A stretch of DNA of 64,000 bases from a virus: positions 600-64,599 of IMG/VR virus record IMGVR_UViG_3300032893_000037, one strand, 5' to 3'. Below the pieces are notes generated by a model. It had not been told where the DNA came from. It worked only from the letters and a program-made list of their open reading frames with translations, and searched no databases. Shown piece by piece: positions 25,364-33,199 of the stretch (position 1 is the stretch's first letter; each line of letters opens with the position of its first letter). A program made the translations under genes and the position numbers.

Positions 25364-27080
25364 ACGAACCCCTACGCGGGCCGGTGTTGAAGCGAAACCC
25401 AACCCAGTCAAGCCCGCTGCCGACCACCACCGCGATGGCACCCAAAAACGGAATGTCGGCAAAACTTCGCGGGCCAAGCCGATCACGAAACCCATACAAG
25501 ATCAGCCCGCAGCTGGAGGCGGCAAAACTGCCTCCAGCAAAAATTCGCGCGCCAAGGCGAGATTGACTCCCATCCCAACCGTGCGCGCTGGCGACCAGAA
25601 TTATGTTGATACCCATGTCAGGCGTGTCGCCAAAAATACGCGGACCAAAGCAGCCATGCTACCCAATGTAGTAGCGTCCGCGCCCCCTAAGCCCGGCCAT
25701 CTTATTGACGGAAACCATGCGCTCATTGCCGGGCAAAAGTCTGCCGACCATCCTACCTACGCGACCCATACTGGACCTGTCGGCAGCTCTCTTTTGCGCG
25801 CCAAAAATATGGAGACATCCATCAACGACCAGCGCGCGCCCGGCCATCCTACTGGCGGAAACCACACGCTGACTGCCGGGCAAACTTCAAAGCGCGCCAA
25901 TGCTGGCGAGAACTCCATGCTCCCCTCGCGCGTTCGCCCGGCCAATCATGAATCGCTACCCACGCAGATAGCGCCGGGCAAATCTTCCAAGCGGGCCAAC
26001 ATGAAAATGCAATCCACTGCACGCCAGCCCGCCTCCGACGCCAAACTCCCCTCGCCACCCACTGGTGATCTGCGTCGGAAAAATTCTGCGGCCAACGCTC
26101 CAGCGACACCCGGAAATACACCGCCGCAGGCGGACGCCACCAACGAGGTGAAGCCCAGCACGATGGCGCGTCCGCACTCTACTCAGGCCAATGGCGAACC
26201 GTTACCCATTGCCGTAACGCCTGACGCCGACGACCAACCAGCAAGCGCGAACCATGCACGCCAAGTCGTCGGCAAATCTTCCCGTCGCCATGCAGCATCC
26301 GCAAACCGTGGAACAAGCGCGACGAATGCCGACGACCACCACCAAGGCGATGTCCACATACGACCTGTCGTCGGCCCTCACTCGCCTGCCGTCGCATTGA
26401 TCCAAGAACTACATCGCGACCGGCAAGGCTTCGCCCGCGCCGAAAAATCTCTCACGCTCCAGATCAGAGCCATCTGCCGTCGTCTCTGCGGCGGCGACAA
26501 GGATGCCGCAGCGCCGCTCTATGCCTCGCTCGATGACGACGACGAAACACATCCGCTGAAAGACGCGGCAACCGCCCGCACCGCGCCGTTCTTCACGGCC
26601 CGCAGCGTCATGAATACCAACCGGCGCGAGCGCGAGAAGCAGATGGAAAAACTCGCGCGCACTCTCCCGGCCTACAAGTTCGTGGAATCCATCCGCGGCA
26701 TCGGCGATCTCAGCTTCGCCCAGATCATCGGCGAAACCGGCGATCTCTCCATCTACCGCAATCCCGCCAAGGTCTGGAAACGTCTCGGTCTCGCCGTGTT
26801 CGACGGTCGCGCCCAGCGCCGCCACAAAGGCATGGACCAAAGCGAAGGCTACTCGCCCGAACGCCGCTCCATCGTCTGGAACGTCGGCGAAGCCATCGTC
26901 AAACACCGCGGCGAACCATATCGATCGATCTACGACGAACGCAAAGCCTACGAGCACGCCCGCAATCCGGAGATCACCAAGATGTGGGCGCATAACCGCG
27001 CCAAACGCTACATGGAAAAGCGCGTCATCCGCGATCTCTTCCGGGCATGGCGCGACGAACTGGAAGCCAAATCCTCTTAA
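25356..27080 (+). CDS. TasA-like Nop/IS110-C-terminal-domain RNA-binding protein without nuclease domain (folded part about 26397-27080)
   Basis: Coiled coil then SIRGIGDLSFAQIIGETGDLSIYRNPAKVWKRLGLAV...YRSIYDERKAYE...AHNRAKRYMEK; no DEDD RuvC, no HNH, no IS110 catalytic SG loop. Confidence 0.85.
   Translation: MLKRTPTRAGVEAKPNPVKPAADHHRDGTQKRNVGKTSRAKPITKPIQDQPAAGGGKTASSKNSRAKARLTPIPTVRAGDQNYVDTHVRRVAKNTRTKAAMLPNVVASAPPKPGHLIDGNHALIAGQKSADHPTYATHTGPVGSSLLRAKNMETSINDQRAPGHPTGGNHTLTAGQTSKRANAGENSMLPSRVRPANHESLPTQIAPGKSSKRANMKMQSTARQPASDAKLPSPPTGDLRRKNSAANAPATPGNTPPQADATNEVKPSTMARPHSTQANGEPLPIAVTPDADDQPASANHARQVVGKSSRRHAASANRGTSATNADDHHQGDVHIRPVVGPHSPAVALIQELHRDRQGFARAEKSLTLQIRAICRRLCGGDKDAAAPLYASLDDDDETHPLKDAATARTAPFFTARSVMNTNRREREKQMEKLARTLPAYKFVESIRGIGDLSFAQIIGETGDLSIYRNPAKVWKRLGLAVFDGRAQRRHKGMDQSEGYSPERRSIVWNVGEAIVKHRGEPYRSIYDERKAYEHARNPEITKMWAHNRAKRYMEKRVIRDLFRAWRDELEAKSS
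25376..26375 (+). ncRNA. TIGR-like stem-loop guide array, 20 units
   Basis: Every unit parses as 5-8 bp stem, CCA/CCG, 9 nt, TG/CG/AG, 4 nt, CCA/CCG, 9 nt, TG/CG/AG, complementary stem, e.g. tggcga CCA gaattatgt TG atac CCA tgtcaggcg TG tcgcca (25589-25632). Confidence 0.92.
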
Positions 27081-27087
27081 CCAGCCC

Positions 27088-27115
27088 TTGGCAAAGTGTG
27101 CTGGGGGTGTACAGT
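27088..27115 (+). promoter_or_regulatory. Sigma70-type promoter with GTGC-N7-GTAC motif
   Basis: TTGGCA-16 bp-TACAGT; near-copy of 24759-24787. Confidence 0.55.
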
Positions 27116-27146
27116 TAACCCTTCTTTAGCCGAAGGGACATCCACA

Positions 27147-27596
27147 ATGGGACTACTGGCATTACTCGCCACTGTGGCAGTCAAGCCTGCGCGGACGAAA
27201 GCCGCCCAGGATGTGCGTCTGTCACCAGCGGCCATCAGACGTAGCCGACTCAATCACTTCGCCGACATCATGGAAAACTACAGCGGCCCACTCCTGCTGA
27301 TGTCGCGCATCGAACTGGCAACCAAAGCGCAGCGGGCGCGAATGCGTCTGCCAAACTCCCCGCTCGCCGTCGCGTACGCCGATCCAACCTTCAAGGCACT
27401 CGGTCTCGCCGACGACAGGTTCGGAACAGGCCGCGTCTTCTTGGGCCTCACCCCCCGTGAAGCCCACGAGCTGGTGTGCGACTGCCACTACTTCGGCCCA
27501 ATCAACGGGCACATGGTGGCGCACCGGGCTCGCTGGATGGCGGATCACCCTTCACTCCTGAAGCGTATCAACCTTTTCTTTGCCCGCTTCGTGTAA
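27147..27596 (+). CDS. Hypothetical protein
   Basis: SD aaggga; HELVCDCHYFG motif. Confidence 0.65.
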   Translation: MGLLALLATVAVKPARTKAAQDVRLSPAAIRRSRLNHFADIMENYSGPLLLMSRIELATKAQRARMRLPNSPLAVAYADPTFKALGLADDRFGTGRVFLGLTPREAHELVCDCHYFGPINGHMVAHRARWMADHPSLLKRINLFFARFV

Positions 27597-27603
27597 CCTT
27601 GAC

Positions 27604-27640
27604 GCCGCGCTCGTCTTCGTTGTTCGGGCGCGGCTTTTTC
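27604..27640 (+). terminator. Intrinsic terminator
   Basis: GCCGCGCTCG/CGGGCGCGGC stem followed by TTTTT. Confidence 0.65.
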
Positions 27641-27653
27641 TCAGGGAGACACC

Positions 27654-27737
27654 ATGACCATCGGTGACGGCATCGGGCTGGCAGGCTTGTTCCTCGCCAT
27701 CGCCTTCATGATCTACGCCGTGATGCGGTGGGGTTGA
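27654..27737 (+). CDS. 27-aa membrane peptide
   Basis: SD agggag; MTIGDGIGLAGLFLAIAFMIYAVMRWG. Confidence 0.5.
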   Translation: MTIGDGIGLAGLFLAIAFMIYAVMRWG

Positions 27738-28027
27738 TGACGCGCGTCCGGCAGCACATTCCTGGCTACGTCACCGGCCTCCAGCCGGAGATCGCCAACG
27801 CCCACTCGCACAGCGAACTGCTCAATCTGCCGTTCGTGTTCGTGTGGACCCGCGATCCCCAGTTCGATCATTGGGAACGCGCTACCGACTACTCACCCGA
27901 CGAATGGCTCTTGGTCGCGAAAATGAAAGATGGCCGTCATTGGGTCGCAGCCTATGTCGGCATGGACCTTAAATCGCCACTGCCCGAATTCCAGATGCAC
28001 CGCGCATCCGTCGACATCACGGTTTGA
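27737..28027 (+). CDS. Hypothetical protein
   Basis: TGATG coupling. Confidence 0.55.
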   Translation: MTRVRQHIPGYVTGLQPEIANAHSHSELLNLPFVFVWTRDPQFDHWERATDYSPDEWLLVAKMKDGRHWVAAYVGMDLKSPLPEFQMHRASVDITV

Positions 28028-28754
28028 GCCGCGACATCATATCGTCAAACACCGACATCGGCGGCTGCTCCGCAATGCGATACAGCTGGCGCAATGCCAT
28101 CGCCTCAAAGGCGCTGATGCTCATGAGGTTCGGCGTATCCAGCCACGTAATCTTCGCGTATTGCGCGCGGTAGCCGTCCTGATGCTCCACGATCTGGCCC
28201 CACAGCTTCACGCGGCCTAAAACCCGAACGCCACCCGAGTAAGCGTACGCCCACGGCTTAAACCGCCACGCATGGATGCCGTGCGTGTTGTGCTGCGTCG
28301 GCAGCACGTCCGCTTCCTTGATCTCTCCAGGGTGCCACACGCACCCCGGAAAGGCACAAGAGCAAAGAAGCGTGTCGGTGCGTTCGTTATGACCGGCACT
28401 GAAATCGTTGTGCCGATTGCTGTTGCCGATCTCCCAGCACCGCCACGCTTCGATCTCGCCTAGGCGTATTCCGGCGTCGTGAAATCCTGAGTAGAGCGTT
28501 TGGATTCCGACTCCGATTGCTTCGCAGGCTGCTGTGGCTCTTGAAGCTTTGAGGCCGAAACGTCCAACGCATTCGATCCATCCACTGCTTCCGTGAGCGG
28601 GATCGCAGTAAATGTCTTCAGCGCTATACCAATCATCATGAAAGAGTTCTCCTGCGTTCGTGATCGGGATGAAGGTTGGCGGTGACGTGTAACCCGAACC
28701 GGGGCTAACCACCCGAACTGTCGGCTGAAACTTCGGGCCACCAAACAGCGCCAT
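28017..28754 (-). CDS. Hypothetical protein, possible ART-like fold
   Basis: SD ggagg; AWRCW...GIHAW...VLGRVKLWGQIVEHQDGYRAQYA. Confidence 0.65.
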   Translation of the reverse strand: MALFGGPKFQPTVRVVSPGSGYTSPPTFIPITNAGELFHDDWYSAEDIYCDPAHGSSGWIECVGRFGLKASRATAACEAIGVGIQTLYSGFHDAGIRLGEIEAWRCWEIGNSNRHNDFSAGHNERTDTLLCSCAFPGCVWHPGEIKEADVLPTQHNTHGIHAWRFKPWAYAYSGGVRVLGRVKLWGQIVEHQDGYRAQYAKITWLDTPNLMSISAFEAMALRQLYRIAEQPPMSVFDDMMSRLKP

Positions 28755-28773
28755 CACCACCTCCGTCCCTTGG

Positions 28774-28792
28774 GTGTACCACACCAGCACAC
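28774..28792 (-). promoter_or_regulatory. GTGC-N7-GTAC motif
   Basis: Minus strand GTGTGCTGGTGTGGTACAC, 20 nt before ATG 28754. Confidence 0.55.
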
Positions 28793-28834
28793 CCGCAAAC
28801 GGCAGGAAAGAGGCTTCAGGAAAAGGGCTGTGGA

Positions 28835-29098
28835 TTAGGCGAACTGAACACGCAGCGCATGGGTCGGGAAGCCCTCGGCCTCACGCACCGCATCGACAGC
28901 GATAATGGCGCGGTTCATCTGTGCCCGCGAAACAAATCCATGCCAAAGCTGTAAACGCCCAAAGTCCGGGTCCTGAAGGATCACCGCGCCACAACAATCG
29001 TCCCAGCTCTTCACCGGCATGATGCTGCTCGCCCGCACAATCGCCGGAGCGCAGATCAGCGCGCCAAGCCCAGTCAGGAGCAAGCGGCGGGTGGTCAT
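28835..29098 (-). CDS. Small protein with Tat-signal-like N-terminus
   Basis: MTTRRLLLTGLGALICAPAIVRASS. Confidence 0.6.
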   Translation of the reverse strand: MTTRRLLLTGLGALICAPAIVRASSIMPVKSWDDCCGAVILQDPDFGRLQLWHGFVSRAQMNRAIIAVDAVREAEGFPTHALRVQFA

Positions 29099-29307
29099 TT
29101 CTCTATTTCCCGAAACGCTTCCTCGATCTCGGCGTCCGTCGTCTCAGGCCGATAACGCAGGATCGTAACCCGTAGCGCGCTACGATATGCGCCGCGCCAT
29201 CGCTTCAACCGCGCGATCTCGTCCGCCGCCGCGTCCAGTATCGCCTCTTCCGAAGCGCCACGCTGGCCTTCGTTCGACATGGCGCGGAGGGTGCGCTCTT
29301 CGGACAT
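29095..29307 (-). CDS. Hypothetical protein
   Basis: Coupled ORF. Confidence 0.55.
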   Translation of the reverse strand: MSEERTLRAMSNEGQRGASEEAILDAAADEIARLKRWRGAYRSALRVTILRYRPETTDAEIEEAFREIEK

Positions 29308-29501
29308 CAGAAGCCTCTGACTATCGGCTCGATGCCGTCCAGCGCCACCCGCAAAATGTCACGCAGATGGCACGCATCTTCGAACGTCAGCTTCAGGCCG
29401 TGCGCACCCTTGATGTTGATCGTCGGCTCAGTGCCAACCCACTCCAGCCTGAACCCGCCAGAATCCGGCTTCACAGCGAACAGGATCGGGATGTCACTCA
29501 T
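29307..29501 (-). CDS. Hypothetical protein
   Basis: Coupled ORF MSDIPILFAVKP. Confidence 0.5.
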   Translation of the reverse strand: MSDIPILFAVKPDSGGFRLEWVGTEPTINIKGAHGLKLTFEDACHLRDILRVALDGIEPIVRGF

Positions 29502-29715
29502 CGAACTCGTCCATGTAAGCGTCCAGATCGTCCAAGCCGATGATCTTGTGATCGGCAATCTGCGGAAACGATACAGGCTCGAATGTCTCAGGAAAGGTGC
29601 AGGGCCGATACCCGTAGCACGCGCACTCTTTGCACTCACCAAGGTGATCGACAGCCGCACCGCGCCAATGATCGTCCCGCGCGTGGCCGCAGAGGCAGAG
29701 GGCAGTAAACTCCAT
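29494..29715 (-). CDS. Small Cys-rich protein
   Basis: CLCGH...CKECAC. Confidence 0.55.
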   Translation of the reverse strand: MEFTALCLCGHARDDHWRGAAVDHLGECKECACYGYRPCTFPETFEPVSFPQIADHKIIGLDDLDAYMDEFDE

Positions 29716-30032
29716 CAGTTCTCACTCGTCCCGATGTAGCCGTGCTTCTTCATGCAGGCTTCAATCGCAGGATCAATCTGGTTCGGCAGCATCGGCGGAT
29801 GCTCCGCATCAGCAGACGCCTTCAACACGCCACCAAGCAGTCCCAGCGGCGCGAAAACACCAAAACCATTGTGCTGCGAGGCGAAATACACGCGGTTTAC
29901 TTCATCACGACATTCATTGAGATCGGCAGAGAGGCGGTCAGATGAGCCGGGACCGTTGGGAATGACAGCGTAGTTATCGTGCGCGCAACCCGTGAGAAGG
30001 GCCAGGAACGGGAGGATAAAGCGTGTGCGCAT
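29715..30032 (-). CDS. Lipoprotein
   Basis: Lipobox LLTGC after hydrophobic signal. Confidence 0.7.
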   Translation of the reverse strand: MRTRFILPFLALLTGCAHDNYAVIPNGPGSSDRLSADLNECRDEVNRVYFASQHNGFGVFAPLGLLGGVLKASADAEHPPMLPNQIDPAIEACMKKHGYIGTSEN

Positions 30033-30046
30033 GGCATGTCCCCTGT

Positions 30047-30065
30047 GTGTGCGCGCAGTGTACAC
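30047..30065 (+). promoter_or_regulatory. GTGC-N7-GTAC motif
   Basis: GTGTGCGCGCAGTGTACAC upstream of the lipoprotein operon. Confidence 0.5.
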
Positions 30066-30373
30066 CGGGGATGCGCGTGGGGGAATTTTTTTGGCGGGGA
30101 GAGGGGTGGTAGCTCGATTTTTTGTATCTCACTCGTCCCATCGGGGGTGCGGGGCGCGAGGGCGGGTCCGATCTGGCACGGGTCCGCCCGCGCACCTAGC
30201 GCGCACCTAACAAAGCGCTAAGGACGCATAACGCTTTGATAAGCCTGGAAGATTTCGAGTGGGCAAACTGTCTTTTACTCAGTTTCCTGGACGATTGCGC
30301 GCGCGTTGCGGGGCGGAAATGGCGCGGAAACGGACGATTTTCGCGGCGGAAACCGCGACGCTAAGCCCCTAAC

Positions 30374-30607
30374 TCACGCAACGTCCGTGAAGCGTTCTCC
30401 GCCTTGGACGACTGGCCGCGGTGTCAAAACACGCGTAGGCGCGAGGGGAACGACAAGCTGCGGATTTACCGGGAGATTTACCGGAAGCGGGTTTGCAGCC
30501 AAAAAGGCGCGCAATGCCGTCTTGAGTAAGCCGCTTTGTGTCATTCCCCGCGCCTTGGCATAGGCTACGGCCGCTTCCCTTTCTCGCCGCGGCAATTTCA
30601 CTGCCAT
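30374..30607 (-). CDS. CopG/RHH DNA-binding protein
   Basis: MAVKLPRREREAAVAYAKARGMTQSGLLKTALRAFL. Confidence 0.65.
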   Translation of the reverse strand: MAVKLPRREREAAVAYAKARGMTQSGLLKTALRAFLAANPLPVNLPVNPQLVVPLAPTRVLTPRPVVQGGERFTDVA

Positions 30608-30693
30608 AGGCGTTACTGCTGCCAAATCAAGCCCCTTGCTAAGTCCTAGGCCCTTGTCCTAATCTGCGGACCTAACCCTAGGAGAATGAAACC

Positions 30694-31041
30694 ATGTCAT
30701 TCATGCAGCAACAAATCACGGCGCGGTGTCTCTGGATCGAAATTGACGGAGACAACGGCACTACGTTCGTTCCCGCTGATGTTGTTGGTGGCGGATGGAC
30801 GGATGGCGAAGAGTTCACGCGCGAAAATGATGCTTTCGACACAAGGCGCGCCATCGTCCGCGATTATTACGAAGGGTCTCGCATTTGGGAAATCAAGACA
30901 CGCATGGGATACGGCGCGCGCCTTTCCGCTCCCGGTTACATGGATTGCACGGAATGGTCCGTCTTCGACACTGAACAAGCCGCGCAAGAGTATTTAGACG
31001 AAACGTACGGGGACGAAACCGAAGACGACACCGACGAATAG
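30694..31041 (+). CDS. Early-region hypothetical protein
   Basis: Preceded by CCTAGGAGA RBS; acidic. Confidence 0.7.
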   Translation: MSFMQQQITARCLWIEIDGDNGTTFVPADVVGGGWTDGEEFTRENDAFDTRRAIVRDYYEGSRIWEIKTRMGYGARLSAPGYMDCTEWSVFDTEQAAQEYLDETYGDETEDDTDE

Positions 31042-31117
31042 TCCGTACACGGTAGGGCGCGCTAACCCCGCGTCCGTCCGCGTGCGAACGGCACGGTAAC
31101 CTAGGAGACCAGAAACC

Positions 31118-31642
31118 ATGTTTAGCGATATCGTTCTAATCGACTACGCAAAGCCGCTTAAGGCGCGCCTTGAAAGCCGCAAATATTGCGGCCCCTATCA
31201 CTGGAAACCGACAGAAGCGGGAAAAGGGCGCGGCTTTTATCAAGCGTCTAGTGGACTACGCGTTGACGCGCACGGCAGTTCCTTTGATCTCCGCTTGGAA
31301 CTGGCAAACGACCATATTCGCCGCAGTGCCCGCTTCCGTTATGTCGAAGGCTACTACTGCGACGAATTCCAAGATTGCACGATGGTTCCGGTTATCGCGC
31401 GCCTACCACACTCGCGCGGCTTTCTAGCGGGCTGGACCATGGGGAACGGTATGTGCGGCTCCCTTGGTGGCACTGTGTACACAACGGCAGAGGATGCGGC
31501 GATTGCGGCGCATAGCGACGCGGAATATGACGCGCAACGTCAACGCGAATTTGAAGAGCAGGAACGTGCGCGCATCGCAGAAGAGGAACGCGAAGCAGAG
31601 GAACGCAACGCCGAAATGGACACGCTAGAACGCGACTATTGA
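31118..31642 (+). CDS. Early-region hypothetical protein
   Basis: CCTAGGAGA RBS. Confidence 0.7.
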   Translation: MFSDIVLIDYAKPLKARLESRKYCGPYHWKPTEAGKGRGFYQASSGLRVDAHGSSFDLRLELANDHIRRSARFRYVEGYYCDEFQDCTMVPVIARLPHSRGFLAGWTMGNGMCGSLGGTVYTTAEDAAIAAHSDAEYDAQRQREFEEQERARIAEEEREAEERNAEMDTLERDY

Positions 31643-31718
31643 CGCTAGCGCATTGCGGACGTTTCACGCGTCCGCCTTGCGGTGTCGTCATGACGCCTAA
31701 CCCTAGGAGACAGATGCA

Positions 31719-32024
31719 ATGCACGTTCACATAGTCGAAAACGAATGGGGACACGTTCAAGACGTAATCCCATTTTGCAGCGATCCTTGCCACAAGGATT
31801 ACTGCGCCACGCACGAAGATATAGGCCCATACAACGGCTGGAACGGCTGCCATGAAGGCGGGGACCTACCGGAATTCTGCGCTAACTGTGGCGTCTATTG
31901 CGGCGGAACCCCGGAATGCTCGCATCAAGCAGACAACGTAGTCGTGAACCGCTTCACCAGTGAAAGCGGCGAGAAGTGCGAACACGGGCACTGGGTACAG
32001 TTACCCGCGAAGATGCTTGCCTAG
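31719..32024 (+). CDS. Early-region Cys/His-rich protein
   Basis: CCTAGGAGA RBS; CSDPC, CANC, CEHGH. Confidence 0.7.
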   Translation: MHVHIVENEWGHVQDVIPFCSDPCHKDYCATHEDIGPYNGWNGCHEGGDLPEFCANCGVYCGGTPECSHQADNVVVNRFTSESGEKCEHGHWVQLPAKMLA

Positions 32025-32100
32025 ACCTTGCCCAAGGGCGCGCACGGGGCCGTGCGCGTCTCTGGCAGGGCCTACCTGCATAACCTAGGAGAACGAAGCT

Positions 32101-32538
32101 ATGGCAACGCACAACGGTAACCCGGAATGCATCTTGCGCCTTATGCAAGCCGGAATTGTGATGGACGACGCTTTCACGTTGCGCCGTATCGCAATGACAT
32201 TGCATCGCTGGCACGAATATGAATGCGGCACGGAAAACGCGTGCATCGTGCGCGGGAAGTGGAACAAGGAAACGGCACAATTCGACTACGATGACAACGG
32301 CGCGCCGCATTGGGAATTCAGCGGCGGTTCCGGACGCTCGCGCTATTCGCGCGTTCCAGACCGTGAGAAGGGCGCGCTAAAGCGTCTCAAGACAGTCATG
32401 GCGCGCTATCCCCAGATGCGCGCGTACATCCAAGGAGACCCGCGCGGCGCGTCTCTGTACATCTTGCGTCCGGGTGATGTCCCGGAAGGGCGCGAAGTGG
32501 ACAGCTGCTACTCAAACGGAATTGCAGTTTACAAGTGA
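32101..32538 (+). CDS. Early-region hypothetical protein
   Basis: CCTAGGAGA RBS; YIQGDPRGASLYI. Confidence 0.7.
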   Translation: MATHNGNPECILRLMQAGIVMDDAFTLRRIAMTLHRWHEYECGTENACIVRGKWNKETAQFDYDDNGAPHWEFSGGSGRSRYSRVPDREKGALKRLKTVMARYPQMRAYIQGDPRGASLYILRPGDVPEGREVDSCYSNGIAVYK

Positions 32539-32612
32539 CCCTTGCCCAAGGGCGCACGGTCTCCCCGTGCGCCTCTGGCAGCGATCAAGCTGCGATCTAG
32601 GAGAACGAGACT

Positions 32613-32813
32613 ATGAGCGAATTGCACGAATTCACGAAAGGCGCACGCGTGCGCTATCACGGCAGCAAGGCAGAATTTGTGGGACGCGACGCAACGGTTA
32701 TCCGGCCCGTCAAGTCCCGCAAAGTTGTCACGGTCGAGTTTGACGGCGCAAACGCGTATTTTGACGCGTTCCCCTCAAACCTCACGATCTTGCGGGAGGA
32801 CCCCCATGCTTAA
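32613..32813 (+). CDS. Small SH3-like early protein
   Basis: CTAGGAGA RBS; KGARVRY...VTVEFD beta pattern. Confidence 0.6.
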   Translation: MSELHEFTKGARVRYHGSKAEFVGRDATVIRPVKSRKVVTVEFDGANAYFDAFPSNLTILREDPHA

Positions 32814-32907
32814 CACCCTCGCCCGCTGGACCGTCTCCGGCCTGAGCAACGGCGCGTTGCCGTTGCTGCTGGCGGTAGCGGTTCTGGCGGGGTTCTGGTT
32901 CCTGTGA
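32806..32907 (+). CDS. 33-aa membrane peptide
   Basis: SD ggagga; hydrophobic C-terminus. Confidence 0.45.
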   Translation: MLNTLARWTVSGLSNGALPLLLAVAVLAGFWFL

Positions 32908-32980
32908 ACGGACGTTAGCGCGCGGGTCTCCACTCGCGCGCGTACGCCCGCACACGGGCAGGAGAACAGGCTAGGAGAAC

Positions 32981-33199
32981 ATGACCCCCGCGCAATTCCG
33001 CACACTGGGCGAGGCACTGTACGCGCCCAACGTCTGGCAACGCGCGGTCGCGCGCGAGCTGGGCAAGAACGAGCGTCAGGTGCGGCGCTGGGTTGCGGGC
33101 GACGCGGCGATCCCCGACGAGGTGTCGGCTTGGATGGTCCGGCGCTGTCACGCCCACGCGCAACGCCTGCTCAAGCTGGCCCGGCTTCACACGGCGTAG
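32981..33199 (+). CDS. HTH DNA-binding protein
   Basis: WQRAVARELGKNERQVRRWVAG. Confidence 0.75.
   Translation: MTPAQFRTLGEALYAPNVWQRAVARELGKNERQVRRWVAGDAAIPDEVSAWMVRRCHAHAQRLLKLARLHTA

Noticed and set aside
25376-26375. CRISPR array
   Set aside because: There is no constant direct repeat and no cas gene; the conserved elements are only 2-3 nt boxes within variable stems.
25356-27080. IS110/IS1111 transposon with bridge RNA
   Set aside because: The N-terminal DEDD RuvC domain and the catalytic SG loop are absent, no element ends are evident, and the array has the repeated CCA-N9-box layout instead.
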